Of a stretch of DNA of 53,991 nt, positions 29,110 to 40,000 are shown piece after piece. Within the stretch, counting starts at the first letter, position 1. Every line of letters starts with the position of its first letter. Where the stretch lies: positions 1 through 53,991 of IMG/VR virus record IMGVR_UViG_3300047157_000023. One strand, 5' to 3'. The notes beneath the pieces are model-generated. The model was not told the origin of the DNA. It searched no databases and saw only the letters and a list, made by a program, of their open reading frames with translations. The stretch is from a virus. Its lineage: Duplodnaviria > Caudoviricetes. A program made the position numbers and the translations under genes.

Positions 29110-29331
29110 ATGGTAGAGAAACAAACAAAAACCATTACAATCAATGATAAAGAGTATACTGAAGATCAACTAACAGATCAACAAAAAATAATCATCAATC
29201 ACCTTACTGATTTAGACAGAAAGATAGGATCAACACAGTTTAACCTTGATCAACTTAATGTAGGTAAAAATGCATTTATGAGTATGTTAAATGAGTCACT
29301 TGAAGAAGAGTCAGATTCTACTGAAGAGTAG
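29110..29331 (+). CDS. Small tail-associated coiled-coil protein
   Basis: ITINDKEY..DQLTDQQK...DLDRK...LDQL; AAGGAG SD. Confidence 0.75.
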   Translation: MVEKQTKTITINDKEYTEDQLTDQQKIIINHLTDLDRKIGSTQFNLDQLNVGKNAFMSMLNESLEEESDSTEE

Positions 29332-29368
29332 TTAATAATAATTTTTAAAGTAAACTGAAAGTTGTATA

Positions 29369-31024
29369 ATGATAAGTAATAAACTTATGATGTTAGCTGC
29401 GGCAGGGGCAGGGGGTAGTGATAGTTATTGGTATGTTAAAACATCTGCTAACAATACTGGAAATGGTAATATAATTCCTGGTGGATTAGATGTTGACAGT
29501 AGTGGTAATATATACTCTGTTGCGACTGTTATTAATGACAGTCGTGATGTGATGATCTTAAAAAAAGTTCAAGACGGTGCTACACCTACTATTACTGATC
29601 GAGTAACATGTCATAATCATATACCTTATTCCAACAGTTATGCAGATTGCCAGTACGGCTATAAAAACTGTCAATTATTTGATAATGAAACTAAATTACA
29701 TATTGACGGTTTTGGCCCAGGTCCGTATGGCTATACTGAATATAAATTATATAGATATAACACAAATTTAACACAAAATAATTTATTTTTTGATTCTAAT
29801 TATAATTACTATGCTTGTGGACATTCTGCGTTTTCTAACGGTCAGTCTAGTTCTAGTTACAGTAACAGACTTTATCCTGTAGGAGCTGGTAGTGCTCCAT
29901 ATTATTGTAATACAACTAGTTCTGTTAGGGAAAATGGCGATGTTTGGTTACAAGGCTATGATCAGTACTATTCATATATAGGTGCTTTAATTAAAGGAAG
30001 TACTAGATTAACTAATATTTACAACAACCATCAAGCAGGATGTCATCAAGTAGGTAGCAGCAGCTTTCGTCACGATTCAGCAGGACATTGTATAGTTGTA
30101 GATAATGATGATGATCATGTATATTGGGCAGGTGCTGTTGCTAATTCAGGCCCACCTAATTATTATAGTGCTTTCCCTTTTGTGTGTTCTGCTAGATGGG
30201 ATTCTACTAATGGAATAATGACTTATAACTCAAACATGCAATATCCAGTAACTCCAGGGGGAACTGGTTTGTCTGGTGGTAATAGGTACAGTGGAAATAC
30301 GATAACTATTAGTCCTGTTGCAGACGCTAATGGAGATAAATGGGTATTTGCAGCATGGCTTGTAAATTATAGTTATTATAGGGGAATTTACTATTTAAGG
30401 TTAAAAATTACTAGTTCAGGAAAAACAGTGCAGTCTGCGTTTAATGAAATAACTGGTATAAGTACAAGTGATGATAAAAGAGTGTGGGATTCTGTTATTG
30501 ACTCTCAAGAAAATTATTATATAATTTTTAATGTTAATGACGGTCAATTAGTTTTATGGAAGTATAATTCTTCTGGCACTTATGAATGGAGCCGTACATT
30601 TAGTTATAGTGGAGCTAGTGGTTCTAATGCCTATGATTTTTGTGATCATTGTTCAGGCGGTGCAGATACAGGTTATTTTTCTACATCATTACAAGTAGAT
30701 AGCAATGATAATATTTATATACATACTGGTACAATGACACCCTCTTCAGGCACTCAACCTTTTTTAATAAAGTATCCAAGTGACGGTTCTTTAACAGGTA
30801 ATTTTGGTGATCTATCAATTACTTCAAATGGACCTTACCCTAGTAGTAATCTTTCTTGGTCAACTGTTAGTGGAGCTAGTTTATATACACCTAATTTTGG
30901 TACTTCTGCGTATAAAAATAATACAGCAGCAAGTAATTTTATAGGTAGTAGTTGGGGCATAAGATCAGGTGTTTATAACACTAATAGTAGAGCTAGTTCA
31001 AATAGTTCTCAAATTATATCGTAG
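29369..31024 (+). CDS. Tail-tip/receptor-binding partner protein 2, beta-propeller-like
   Basis: Repeated VDSSGNIY/IDSQENYY/VDSNDNIY blades; Tyr/Asn/Ser-rich. Confidence 0.7.
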   Translation: MISNKLMMLAAAGAGGSDSYWYVKTSANNTGNGNIIPGGLDVDSSGNIYSVATVINDSRDVMILKKVQDGATPTITDRVTCHNHIPYSNSYADCQYGYKNCQLFDNETKLHIDGFGPGPYGYTEYKLYRYNTNLTQNNLFFDSNYNYYACGHSAFSNGQSSSSYSNRLYPVGAGSAPYYCNTTSSVRENGDVWLQGYDQYYSYIGALIKGSTRLTNIYNNHQAGCHQVGSSSFRHDSAGHCIVVDNDDDHVYWAGAVANSGPPNYYSAFPFVCSARWDSTNGIMTYNSNMQYPVTPGGTGLSGGNRYSGNTITISPVADANGDKWVFAAWLVNYSYYRGIYYLRLKITSSGKTVQSAFNEITGISTSDDKRVWDSVIDSQENYYIIFNVNDGQLVLWKYNSSGTYEWSRTFSYSGASGSNAYDFCDHCSGGADTGYFSTSLQVDSNDNIYIHTGTMTPSSGTQPFLIKYPSDGSLTGNFGDLSITSNGPYPSSNLSWSTVSGASLYTPNFGTSAYKNNTAASNFIGSSWGIRSGVYNTNSRASSNSSQIIS

Positions 31025-31051
31025 AATAAACTTTTTTAAAGGATTAAACTA

Positions 31052-31579
31052 ATGAGCGATTATCGTGAAAGAAAAACTGGTGAGATTAAATCTCAAGGAG
31101 AGTGGCGTAGACACTTTTCAAATATGTCACTACCTAATGCTTGGAATAGTGATATAGAAAATACATTAAATCTAGACCCTGTACATTATGAATTTGCCCC
31201 AAAAACAGATAAGTATAAAGTGGCTGTAATTGACGGTGCTGAAAAAAATTCAGACGGTCAATGGGTCACTAAATGGACCATTGTAGATATGTTTAAAGAA
31301 TATACGGATGAGGATGGTAATACTGTAACTGTAGAACAACAAATAAAAAATGAAGAAGCTAGAGAGCTTGAAATTATTACAGAGGCAGCAAGGGAAAGAC
31401 GAAATCATTTTTTAGAGTTAACAGATTGGTGGTCTGTAAGTGATCTTACTATGACTGCTGAACAAAAAACTTATCGTCAGACACTAAGAGATTTACCAAC
31501 ACATTCTAACTGGCCTCATCTAAAAGAAGATGACTGGCCTTCGAAGGAGCAAATAAAATTGCTGTCTAAGAAAACATAA
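31052..31579 (+). CDS. Tail fiber assembly chaperone-like protein 2
   Basis: Paralog of 26760-27260 (MSDYRERKTGEIKSQGEWR...YRQTLRDLP..WP). Confidence 0.8.
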   Translation: MSDYRERKTGEIKSQGEWRRHFSNMSLPNAWNSDIENTLNLDPVHYEFAPKTDKYKVAVIDGAEKNSDGQWVTKWTIVDMFKEYTDEDGNTVTVEQQIKNEEARELEIITEAARERRNHFLELTDWWSVSDLTMTAEQKTYRQTLRDLPTHSNWPHLKEDDWPSKEQIKLLSKKT

Positions 31580-31596
31580 GCCATAGATAATTTAAT

Positions 31597-31851
31597 ATGG
31601 CTGACATCAAACTGACTCCAGAAGAAATAGAATCAATGCTAGACAACGCAGCTAGGCGTGGTGCTAAAGAGGCACTACGTTCTATTGGGTTACTTGATGA
31701 TGATGCTGCTAGAGATATTATAGAAATGAGAAGTTTACTGGAGGCATGGAGAGACACACGTAAGTCTGTCTGGTCAACTGTAGTTAAATTAACCACTGTC
31801 GCACTGCTGACATTTATTGCAGGTGCAGTGTGGATGACAATGGGTAAATAA
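31597..31851 (+). CDS. DUF6127-like small membrane protein
   Basis: AARRGAKEALRSIGL...DIIEMRSLLEAWR...W plus C-terminal TM. Confidence 0.7.
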   Translation: MADIKLTPEEIESMLDNAARRGAKEALRSIGLLDDDAARDIIEMRSLLEAWRDTRKSVWSTVVKLTTVALLTFIAGAVWMTMGK

Positions 31852-31861
31852 GGGATAAGAC

Positions 31862-34800
31862 ATGGCAGAACTAAGTCAAACAGAAAAAGTACTTATGGAT
31901 AAATTTGGTTGGGAAGACCGAGGTGATGGAACTCTTCTTGCACCTACAGGTAAAGTCTATGACCATGAGGCAGGTAGTACATTTGAAGAACGTCATGGAC
32001 TAGGTGCAGACTACACTCCTGTATCTCCAGAACCTACACCAGAACCACAACCTGCTCCTGCAGACAGTGTCACAGAGACTACACCATCTAGTGTAGATGT
32101 TACACCTGATTCACCATCAACTTCTCCTCAAAATGAGGCAGTTATTACTTCAGGTACTATTGACGTTCCTACAATGCACGTAGAGTTTGAACGTGACGCA
32201 GATGGTAATATTGTTCAAGATGCAGATGGTAAAAACGTTGTAACTTCTTTTGGTGTTAAATATGCAGATGGTACTATTAGTTATACAGGTGCAGGTTCAG
32301 AAGGTGTGTTTGAAGCTTCTAGACAACGTTCTCAGGCACTAGAGTATAATAAGTATATAAATGATAATCGTACCCGTGATGATTTTGAAACAGATTCAGA
32401 CTATAACCATTTTATAACTACTAAAAACGTAAGATTAGGTCAAGGTTCTTACAGAATGATAGGTGGTCTAGATGGGCAATCAACTTTACTAGGTCCAGGT
32501 GGTATTGAAATTGCATCGGGAGATGCTGCCTCTATTAAACAAAGTTACAGAGACGAAAGTAATAAACTTAATCTAGCATTAGCAGCTTCTCAACGTACTA
32601 CTCGTGTTACTGAATACGGATTACGTTACATGGTTGAAAACAATCCAAACATTAATACGACAGAGGAAGCTTATCAAAAAATATACGCTAGCTACGTAAG
32701 TAATCGTAAGCAACTATCTAACATAGTAAATGGATGGACTCAAAAAGCCAAAGATCAAAATTTAATGGTAGACGGAAATGTACCTTGGTCTTTACCTTTT
32801 ATACCTAGTGATGCTACAGCTGAACCTATGGATTTTAATGCGTTTAAAACTAATTTTACTTTTCCAGATGACGCTAAGTTTGCTACATATGAAGATTTTG
32901 TAGATGAAGTAACTCGTCAAACAGGGGGAACTATAGCTGAACCTAAGCCATCTACACCTGAAGATGCTTCAACTGCACCTCCACCACCTCAAGCTTCAAC
33001 ACCTCCACCAATTGCTCAACCCCCTGTAGCTACAGGTGGAGGGCAACCTATTGGAGATAGCACTACTACTAAAACAGGTGGTTTTGCTCAACCATTTGTA
33101 CAAACCCCTAAAGCTGTTACAACGGAAACTACACCTTTTCAAACAGTGGCAGGTGTTTATCCTACAACAGGATCTGCAACTGCAGGAACTATAAGTACCC
33201 CCTTAACAGGGACTTCAACACTTTCTGCAATACCAGCAACTACTACTGTTTATGATAACTATACTGGAACTACTATGCCTAATCTTATAAGTCAATCACA
33301 AGGGGGTTATGGTGGACAAGTGCAATATAAAAATTTACAAACAGGTCAAACTATGATGATTAGTGTAGATGCAAATGGTACTCCTTTACAGTATGTACCG
33401 CCTGGATATACAAAAGTTGTTACAACAATGTCAGAAGGTGGAGATGTACAACTAGCTAGAAAATTCTTAGGGTTTGATGGACCGTCTTCTCAACTAGAAA
33501 ACTTTTTAAACTCTAGTCCTGCATTAGCTGCTCGTATGGGTAAATATAGACAGGCTATGGCATCTATGTCGCCAATGCGAATGGGTGCAGACGATGGTAC
33601 TGATGTTAGCGGTGCTAACTTACCTTCCGTTAATGCTGCATCCAACGTTAATCCTGCTGTTGGTTCTACTCTTTACAAAGAAACTCCTGTAGATGGAACA
33701 TCTCTTGAACAATTTCAAAAGATGCAGCAAAATTTGATTACTCAAACTATGCAACCAATGCAAGCAAATATAGCTCAAATTCAACCTGAAACAGCTGACT
33801 TTATAGGCAGTACTGCAGGTAAAACTATAGACTTAGCTCCTGTAAAAGAAGCTGCTAAAGTAACTAATGTTACTCAAGCAGGTCTACCCAAAGTGTCTCC
33901 TGTTACAACAATGACTCCTGCAACAGTAACACCAGGAATACAAACTTTAACTGGTGCTGTAACTCCTGTTACAGGAACTTTAGGTACACAGGCACAAGTA
34001 GATGCTGCACAGCAGGTAGGAACTTCTGTATCAGGTGTTGAGGTAGCTCAAGGTACAGCAATTAAAGTAGACGGACCAGAAGCTAGAAAACTACAGACTG
34101 ATCCTGTTACAGGTGAAAGTGAAATAATATCTGGTGTTGCTAACGCACAGACTGCTGCTGCATTTACTGAAGCAAAACAACATGCTGAAGCTACACCAAG
34201 TAAAAAGGCTACGGTTGCAGGTCAGTTAGAAGGACTTATGGCTCAGTTTGAGGGTGGTAATACACCTTCTTGGGCTGCAGGAGCTATGAGATTAGCTACA
34301 GCACAGATGGCTGCTCGTGGTTTAGGTGCATCTTCAATGGCAGGTCAGGCTATTATACAAGCTGCAATGGAGGCTGCACTACCTATAGCTCAAATAGATG
34401 CACAAACTCAAGCACAGTTTGAAGGTCAGAACTTGTCAAATAGACAACAACGTGCTATGCTTTCTGCACAACAAAGAGCACAGTTTATGGGAATGGAGTT
34501 TGATCAAGCATTTCAATCTCGTGTTCAAAATGCATCTAAACTAGCAGATATTGCTAATATGAATTTTACTGCTGAACAACAGATAGCCTTAGAAAATTCT
34601 CGTGCAGCAAACACTATGGAATTGACTAACGTTTCTAATAAACAAGCTAAAGTTTTAGCTGAGGCTGCTGCACTAGCTAATCTAGATATGGCTAATCTGA
34701 GCAACCGTCAACAAGCTGCTGTACAAAATGCACAGAGTTTTTTACAGATGGATATGACTAATTTATCTAATGAACAGCAAACTGAATTATTTAAAGCACA

Positions 34801-35377
34801 ACAAAATATTCAAGCATTATTTACAGACCAAGCTGTAGAAAATGCAGCTACACAGTTTAATGCTACAAGTGAAAATCAGACAAATCAATTTTTTGCTAGT
34901 TTATCTACGCAAGTAGGTCAATTTAATTCGGCGCAAGAAAATGCTATGAACCAATTTAATGTAAATGCTGTAAATGCATTACGTCAATTTAATGGTGAAG
35001 TACAGCAACAGAGAGATTTGTTTAATGCGCAAAACGGTCTTGTCGTAGCTCAAGCTAATGCCCAGTGGAGACAGAATTTAGCTACAGTTAATACTGCTGC
35101 ACAGAATGAAAGCAATATGAATATGGCTAAAACTTTAAATGCGCTAAGTGCTAAAAATTTAGATGAAATTTGGCAACGTGAACGTGATATTATGAACTTT
35201 GCGTTTGCTTCTGACGAAGCTGCTATGGACAGATCATTAAGAATTATTCTTGGTGATAAAGAGTTATCGGCTGCAAGAATGCAACTTAAAGAAGCTAAAG
35301 ATGCTTCTAATACAAAATTAGCTGCAAGATTTTTATTTGGTACAAGTCCAGATGGTATACTAAGTTTTCTAGGTTAG
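31862..35377 (+). CDS. Internal virion (ejection) protein
   Basis: 1171 aa with an Ala/Gln/Asn-rich helical C-half (NLSNRQQ repeats), after the tail genes. Confidence 0.75.
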   Translation: MAELSQTEKVLMDKFGWEDRGDGTLLAPTGKVYDHEAGSTFEERHGLGADYTPVSPEPTPEPQPAPADSVTETTPSSVDVTPDSPSTSPQNEAVITSGTIDVPTMHVEFERDADGNIVQDADGKNVVTSFGVKYADGTISYTGAGSEGVFEASRQRSQALEYNKYINDNRTRDDFETDSDYNHFITTKNVRLGQGSYRMIGGLDGQSTLLGPGGIEIASGDAASIKQSYRDESNKLNLALAASQRTTRVTEYGLRYMVENNPNINTTEEAYQKIYASYVSNRKQLSNIVNGWTQKAKDQNLMVDGNVPWSLPFIPSDATAEPMDFNAFKTNFTFPDDAKFATYEDFVDEVTRQTGGTIAEPKPSTPEDASTAPPPPQASTPPPIAQPPVATGGGQPIGDSTTTKTGGFAQPFVQTPKAVTTETTPFQTVAGVYPTTGSATAGTISTPLTGTSTLSAIPATTTVYDNYTGTTMPNLISQSQGGYGGQVQYKNLQTGQTMMISVDANGTPLQYVPPGYTKVVTTMSEGGDVQLARKFLGFDGPSSQLENFLNSSPALAARMGKYRQAMASMSPMRMGADDGTDVSGANLPSVNAASNVNPAVGSTLYKETPVDGTSLEQFQKMQQNLITQTMQPMQANIAQIQPETADFIGSTAGKTIDLAPVKEAAKVTNVTQAGLPKVSPVTTMTPATVTPGIQTLTGAVTPVTGTLGTQAQVDAAQQVGTSVSGVEVAQGTAIKVDGPEARKLQTDPVTGESEIISGVANAQTAAAFTEAKQHAEATPSKKATVAGQLEGLMAQFEGGNTPSWAAGAMRLATAQMAARGLGASSMAGQAIIQAAMEAALPIAQIDAQTQAQFEGQNLSNRQQRAMLSAQQRAQFMGMEFDQAFQSRVQNASKLADIANMNFTAEQQIALENSRAANTMELTNVSNKQAKVLAEAAALANLDMANLSNRQQAAVQNAQSFLQMDMTNLSNEQQTELFKAQQNIQALFTDQAVENAATQFNATSENQTNQFFASLSTQVGQFNSAQENAMNQFNVNAVNALRQFNGEVQQQRDLFNAQNGLVVAQANAQWRQNLATVNTAAQNESNMNMAKTLNALSAKNLDEIWQRERDIMNFAFASDEAAMDRSLRIILGDKELSAARMQLKEAKDASNTKLAARFLFGTSPDGILSFLG

Positions 35378-35386
35378 AGGTAAAAA

Positions 35387-35644
35387 ATGTACTATAAACA
35401 AAACTATAAAAATATTATAAAAGCTGTTGAAATGGGTTTAACTCCCAAGCAAGCTTTAGTAGACCCTAAAAAAATGCAGGGTCTTGCAAGGCCGTCTACT
35501 GTTGAACAAGTTGGATCAAATACCAATAAAAAATCTACAAGTCAAAGATTGTTAGATAGAATGAAAGAAGTTAGAGAAAATAATAAAAGTATGCTAGAAC
35601 GAGCACAAAGCGTGAAGGCTAATAAAGATGGAGGTCTTACGTAA
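35387..35644 (+). CDS. Hypothetical protein (ejection module)
   Basis: 85 aa, coupled to the next gene. Confidence 0.7.
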   Translation: MYYKQNYKNIIKAVEMGLTPKQALVDPKKMQGLARPSTVEQVGSNTNKKSTSQRLLDRMKEVRENNKSMLERAQSVKANKDGGLT

Positions 35645-36150
35645 TGTTAACATTTGAAAGAGCTATACCAGGACAGTCTTTAACTGCAGAGCCTAAAGGT
35701 CAAGCTTATGAAAGACCTCCAGAAATAGTTGATCCTATAGAAGCTCTTGATGCACATATAGATAATCTTTCTGCTGATGGTGCTATGGAAGATGCATTAT
35801 ATTTTTTAGAGTTTGGGGTAGACTTGGTAACACTTGTAGAAGGAATGCTTCGTGGTGCTGTTATGGAAGGTATACACAGTGTTGATGTAAGTCTTGTTAT
35901 TGCACCTGTGCTTCACGAGTATATAAAAGGTTTTGCTGAAGTAGCTAAGATAGACTATGAAGAAGGTTTTGAAAACAAAGAGGTTGATAAAAACTTATCT
36001 TATGGACGTGATGTAGCTCGTGCTAATAAGATGTTAAAAGAGTTAGAAAAAGAACAAGGTGAAATTCCTGCTCCAGAACCTATAGAAGAAACAAAACCAG
36101 AGATTGAAGAAAAAGAACCAGTTAAAACTGGTCTAATGGCGAGGGCATAA
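35644..36150 (+). CDS. Hypothetical virion protein
   Basis: IPGQSLT...ERPPE motif; ends GLMARA. Confidence 0.75.
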   Translation: MLTFERAIPGQSLTAEPKGQAYERPPEIVDPIEALDAHIDNLSADGAMEDALYFLEFGVDLVTLVEGMLRGAVMEGIHSVDVSLVIAPVLHEYIKGFAEVAKIDYEEGFENKEVDKNLSYGRDVARANKMLKELEKEQGEIPAPEPIEETKPEIEEKEPVKTGLMARA

Positions 36151-36152
36151 CA

Positions 36153-37028
36153 ATGGGATTTAGTTCTATAGGATTTAATGATTACATTGACGAGATGTTA
36201 GAAAAGAAAGAAAAAGAAGATGATCAGGCTTTAGAAAGACAGGATAAATTGTTTGCATTAAGCTTGCAGTATGAAGGAAATAAAGCTAAGTCTAGAACAA
36301 GTGATAAATACCTTAAAGCTGTAAACTCAAGTATGAACTTACGTAAAAATCTTTTAAATTCTGAATTAACTACAGAAGATTTAGAGTTTTTTAAACCTAT
36401 ACTAGAAGATCCTTTTGCTGCTTCTTTTGTAGAAGATTTTATAGCAGAACGAGCAAAGCAAGGTTTAACTATAACATATTCTATGATACCTAACATGATG
36501 AATATTATAACATCTAATGCACCTCAACAAGAAAAAATAGATTTTATGGAGAGAATTACAGGGACAGATTTTTCTGGAAAAGAAGGTAGAAATAACTACG
36601 AAAAAATTGCTAGGGAAATAGTTTCTGCTCCAACTGAAATTCAACAGACACTGTTTGTTAATCCAAAACCAGGTATGAATATAAACATTAAAAATAGAGA
36701 TGCTTACAATAAAGAGATGGTTAAAAAAGTTGAAACTCAAGTAATGCCTTTAGCAACATTAATGAGAGATAATTTACTCAGTAAAAAAACAGCGGGAACA
36801 TTAACTGAACAAGAAAATAGAGATTTAATAAACTTACAATCAAATGTATTAAAAGTTAGAGATGGTGGGATTGGTTCCGATGTTGCCTTACAAAGATTAA
36901 TACAAACAGTTGGGTATACTAAAGAGTCTTTTGACCAACTTACAGAACGTTATCCAATGGATTTTGTCGGGTGGGAAGGTAATCCATTTTTATCAAGTTT
37001 GCCTAACCTATTTCCTGATTTAGATTAA
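36153..37028 (+). CDS. Putative internal virion protein
   Basis: 291 aa ORF in the ejection module. Confidence 0.7.
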   Translation: MGFSSIGFNDYIDEMLEKKEKEDDQALERQDKLFALSLQYEGNKAKSRTSDKYLKAVNSSMNLRKNLLNSELTTEDLEFFKPILEDPFAASFVEDFIAERAKQGLTITYSMIPNMMNIITSNAPQQEKIDFMERITGTDFSGKEGRNNYEKIAREIVSAPTEIQQTLFVNPKPGMNINIKNRDAYNKEMVKKVETQVMPLATLMRDNLLSKKTAGTLTEQENRDLINLQSNVLKVRDGGIGSDVALQRLIQTVGYTKESFDQLTERYPMDFVGWEGNPFLSSLPNLFPDLD

Positions 37029-37040
37029 GGTTATTAGATA

Positions 37041-40000
37041 ATGCAAGTTACTATACAAGATCTAAGGGATAATTACCCTCAATATGTAGATCTAACAGAT
37101 GAAGAGTTAGCTGAAAAGTATTCTGCAAAGACTGGTATGCAGGTTATGTTTCCTAATTCTGAGCCGACAACAGTGGAAGGTTTACTACCTGAAGCTGGAA
37201 CATATTCTCAAGACGATATGGTAGATGACTCTATATACCCCTTTGTTGAAGAGTTTATGTTAGATAGGTATGGAACTCAGTCTGTAAAAGATAGATCAAG
37301 AGAAGATGTTGTAGATATGTATCTCAACAATCGTAGAGGTGTGTCTGTAGGAAATACTGTACGTGGTCTGTCAGAGATGGACTACATAAATAATATACAG
37401 GATAATCCTGATAAAACTGCAAGGGCAGCGGCTGCTTACAAGCTTTATGAAAATATGGCACCTTTATATAGTAAAGAAACTGACTTTGGTGAAAAAGTAG
37501 AAGGTACTGTAGATTTTATAAGAAGTGCTATACTTGACCCATCAAATCTATTAGCTGGATTTTTAGGTAGAGCTGCAGCAGGTGGCTCTATTCGTGTTGG
37601 TACAGAAGTAGCTAAACGAGCTGCACTAGATGGAATGAAGAAGCAGCCTACTAAACAACTAGAGAAAACAGTTAGTAGAAAAATATTTGCTGATGGTTTA
37701 GAAACTGCACGTAAAGTAAGTAAACAAAAAATAAACGACTATGCACAACAAACTTTAGGTAAAACTGCTAAACAACGCTTACTAACTAAGTCAGCAATTG
37801 CTGAGGTAGTTACTGTTGCATCTGTAGATGCTGCAATAGGCACTGGTATGGAGTATCTATATCAGGATGGTCTTGTTGATGTTGATGCACAAGAAGATAT
37901 AAACTATTGGTCAGTTGGTATAGCTGCACTTGGTGGTATAGTTCTTGGTGGATTACAGGTAGGCTTTATTGCAAGGCGTGGTAAATCAGACACTGCAGTA
38001 CAAACTGTAGAGTTACCTGAACCAGAGTCTGAAGGTTTTCTTTCTGAAGCATCTAAAGCAATAGGAAAATATCTAGAGCAAGATATTGTACCTATAGGAC
38101 CAGAGTGGAAATCTAAAGTAGAAGGTGGGTATACACTTGCAAAAAATATGAATTTACAAAAAGGGGATACACCTTTTTCAGCAGATTTTGCAAAAACATT
38201 ATTGCTAGGTCATACTAAAGACGACAAAGTTGTTTTTAAAGGTATGACACAAATAGCATATGAAAAAGGTTTCGTTTGGGCAAAACGTTTTGAGGGTGAT
38301 CGTTTTACTAACTGGATGGCTGATATAATCGCAGATGTAGGTGATAAAGAAGCTAGAACCTATTTAAAATCTATAGAAAAAGCCATAGGTAATAAAATTA
38401 CTATAAGAGGTGATGATGGTAAAATAATACCTCGTAATAAAGTTACTGGTAAAGATATTGGAGATATACTTGCATTTAAATTATCTGAAGCAGGTGCAAC
38501 CCTTGGGGCAGCAGGTCAGTCAGCAAAACAACTAGGTTTATCAATAAGTGATCTAGAGTTAAAAGATCTATATGAGTCTGCCATAGATGCAGGTTTTGTA
38601 AAAACTAAAAAGAAGTCTAAAGAACCAAGTATAGTATCTGAGTCGTTTACAAAAAATCAAAACAGATTAATTAGACTTTTAGTTTCTCATCCATCTACAA
38701 GTGCTCTTAATGTTATTGGTTGGGGCGCTAATACAGCATTACAAAGTGTATCTGACATAACTCTATCTTTGTTACTAGCAGGAAGGGGTACTATACAAAA
38801 ACTTTTAGGTAATGTAGAAAAAGGTGCTAAAACACAGCAGTTAGCTACAAACTTAATAAAAGCAAATGCACAAAGAGTTTCTTTTTTATTCGATCCTGAT
38901 ATGACTTATACAGCTTTTGAATCTGCTTTACAAAGAAACTCAAATGCCCTAGAAAAATTAAATAGTATTCTTCCTGGAGGTGTAGAAGGAACTAATAGGT
39001 TATTGACAGATGGTAAGTTTAGTGCTGATCAAAAACTTTTAGGTATGAAGACTGATGCAAAGATTGATTTTATACAAAAGTTAACTCTCGTACAAGCTCA
39101 AGATCTTTACACAAAGTCTCAAGAATTTTTATTTCAAATGGATAAAAAACTTAGGATGGCTACAGGTAAAGGTTGGAATGAATTTTATAGATCACCCGAT
39201 GCTGCCAAGTATATGGCTACTAAAGAGTATCGTAATATTGAAGCCAGTGCAGTTGACGATACTTTAGAAGCTATCTTTTCTAAGTCTTATAAAGGAAGAG
39301 GTACAATAGGTACACTAGCAGGTTATTTAGAAGACGCTAGAAACTTTCCTATTTTAGGTATGGCTATACCTTTTGGTAGATTTTTTAATAACACTATAGC
39401 TTTTATGGGAAAGAATACTCCTGGTCTAAACATGGTGTTAAGAGGAGCTGGATACTATGATAGTATGGCAAAAGGTGAAGCATTTTCTAGGAGTTTAGTC
39501 AATGCAGGTATTCTTTATACACTTTCTAATCAAGAAATAGAAAACGTTAAAGAAGGACTTCCTGTGTATACTGCAATAGATCCAATGTCAGGACAGCTGT
39601 TAGATCAAAAATACGACTTTCCAGTATCAGCCTATAGAATGGGTGCTAGAATACTTGCATTAAGTCGTATGGGTGAGAGTCAACAGGCAATGACCATGTT
39701 TGGTCAGTTTTCTGAAGATTTTGGTGCCTCTGGTTTATTAAGAAACTTAGATACAGCTCAGAGAGATACACTAGAAGCTATAAAATTTATGATTGATCCT
39801 GAAAGACGTGACATGATTAAAGGTGCAGAAATTGCTGGAACAACTCTTGCAAGTCAATTTGTAAATCCAATACTTAGACCTATTGAGCCTTTAAATATTA
39901 TAGTTGGAATTGCTGCAGGACCAGACGCAGCTCCTATAGATAGAAAACAAAACAATAAACTTGTTAATAATGCATTTAGATACATAGATAATATTATACC

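Noticed and set aside
20645-31579. Diversity-generating retroelement or invertible shufflon acting on tail genes
   Set aside because: No reverse transcriptase or adjacent invertase; paralogous segments are co-oriented and differ mostly at synonymous sites, not specifically at adenines.
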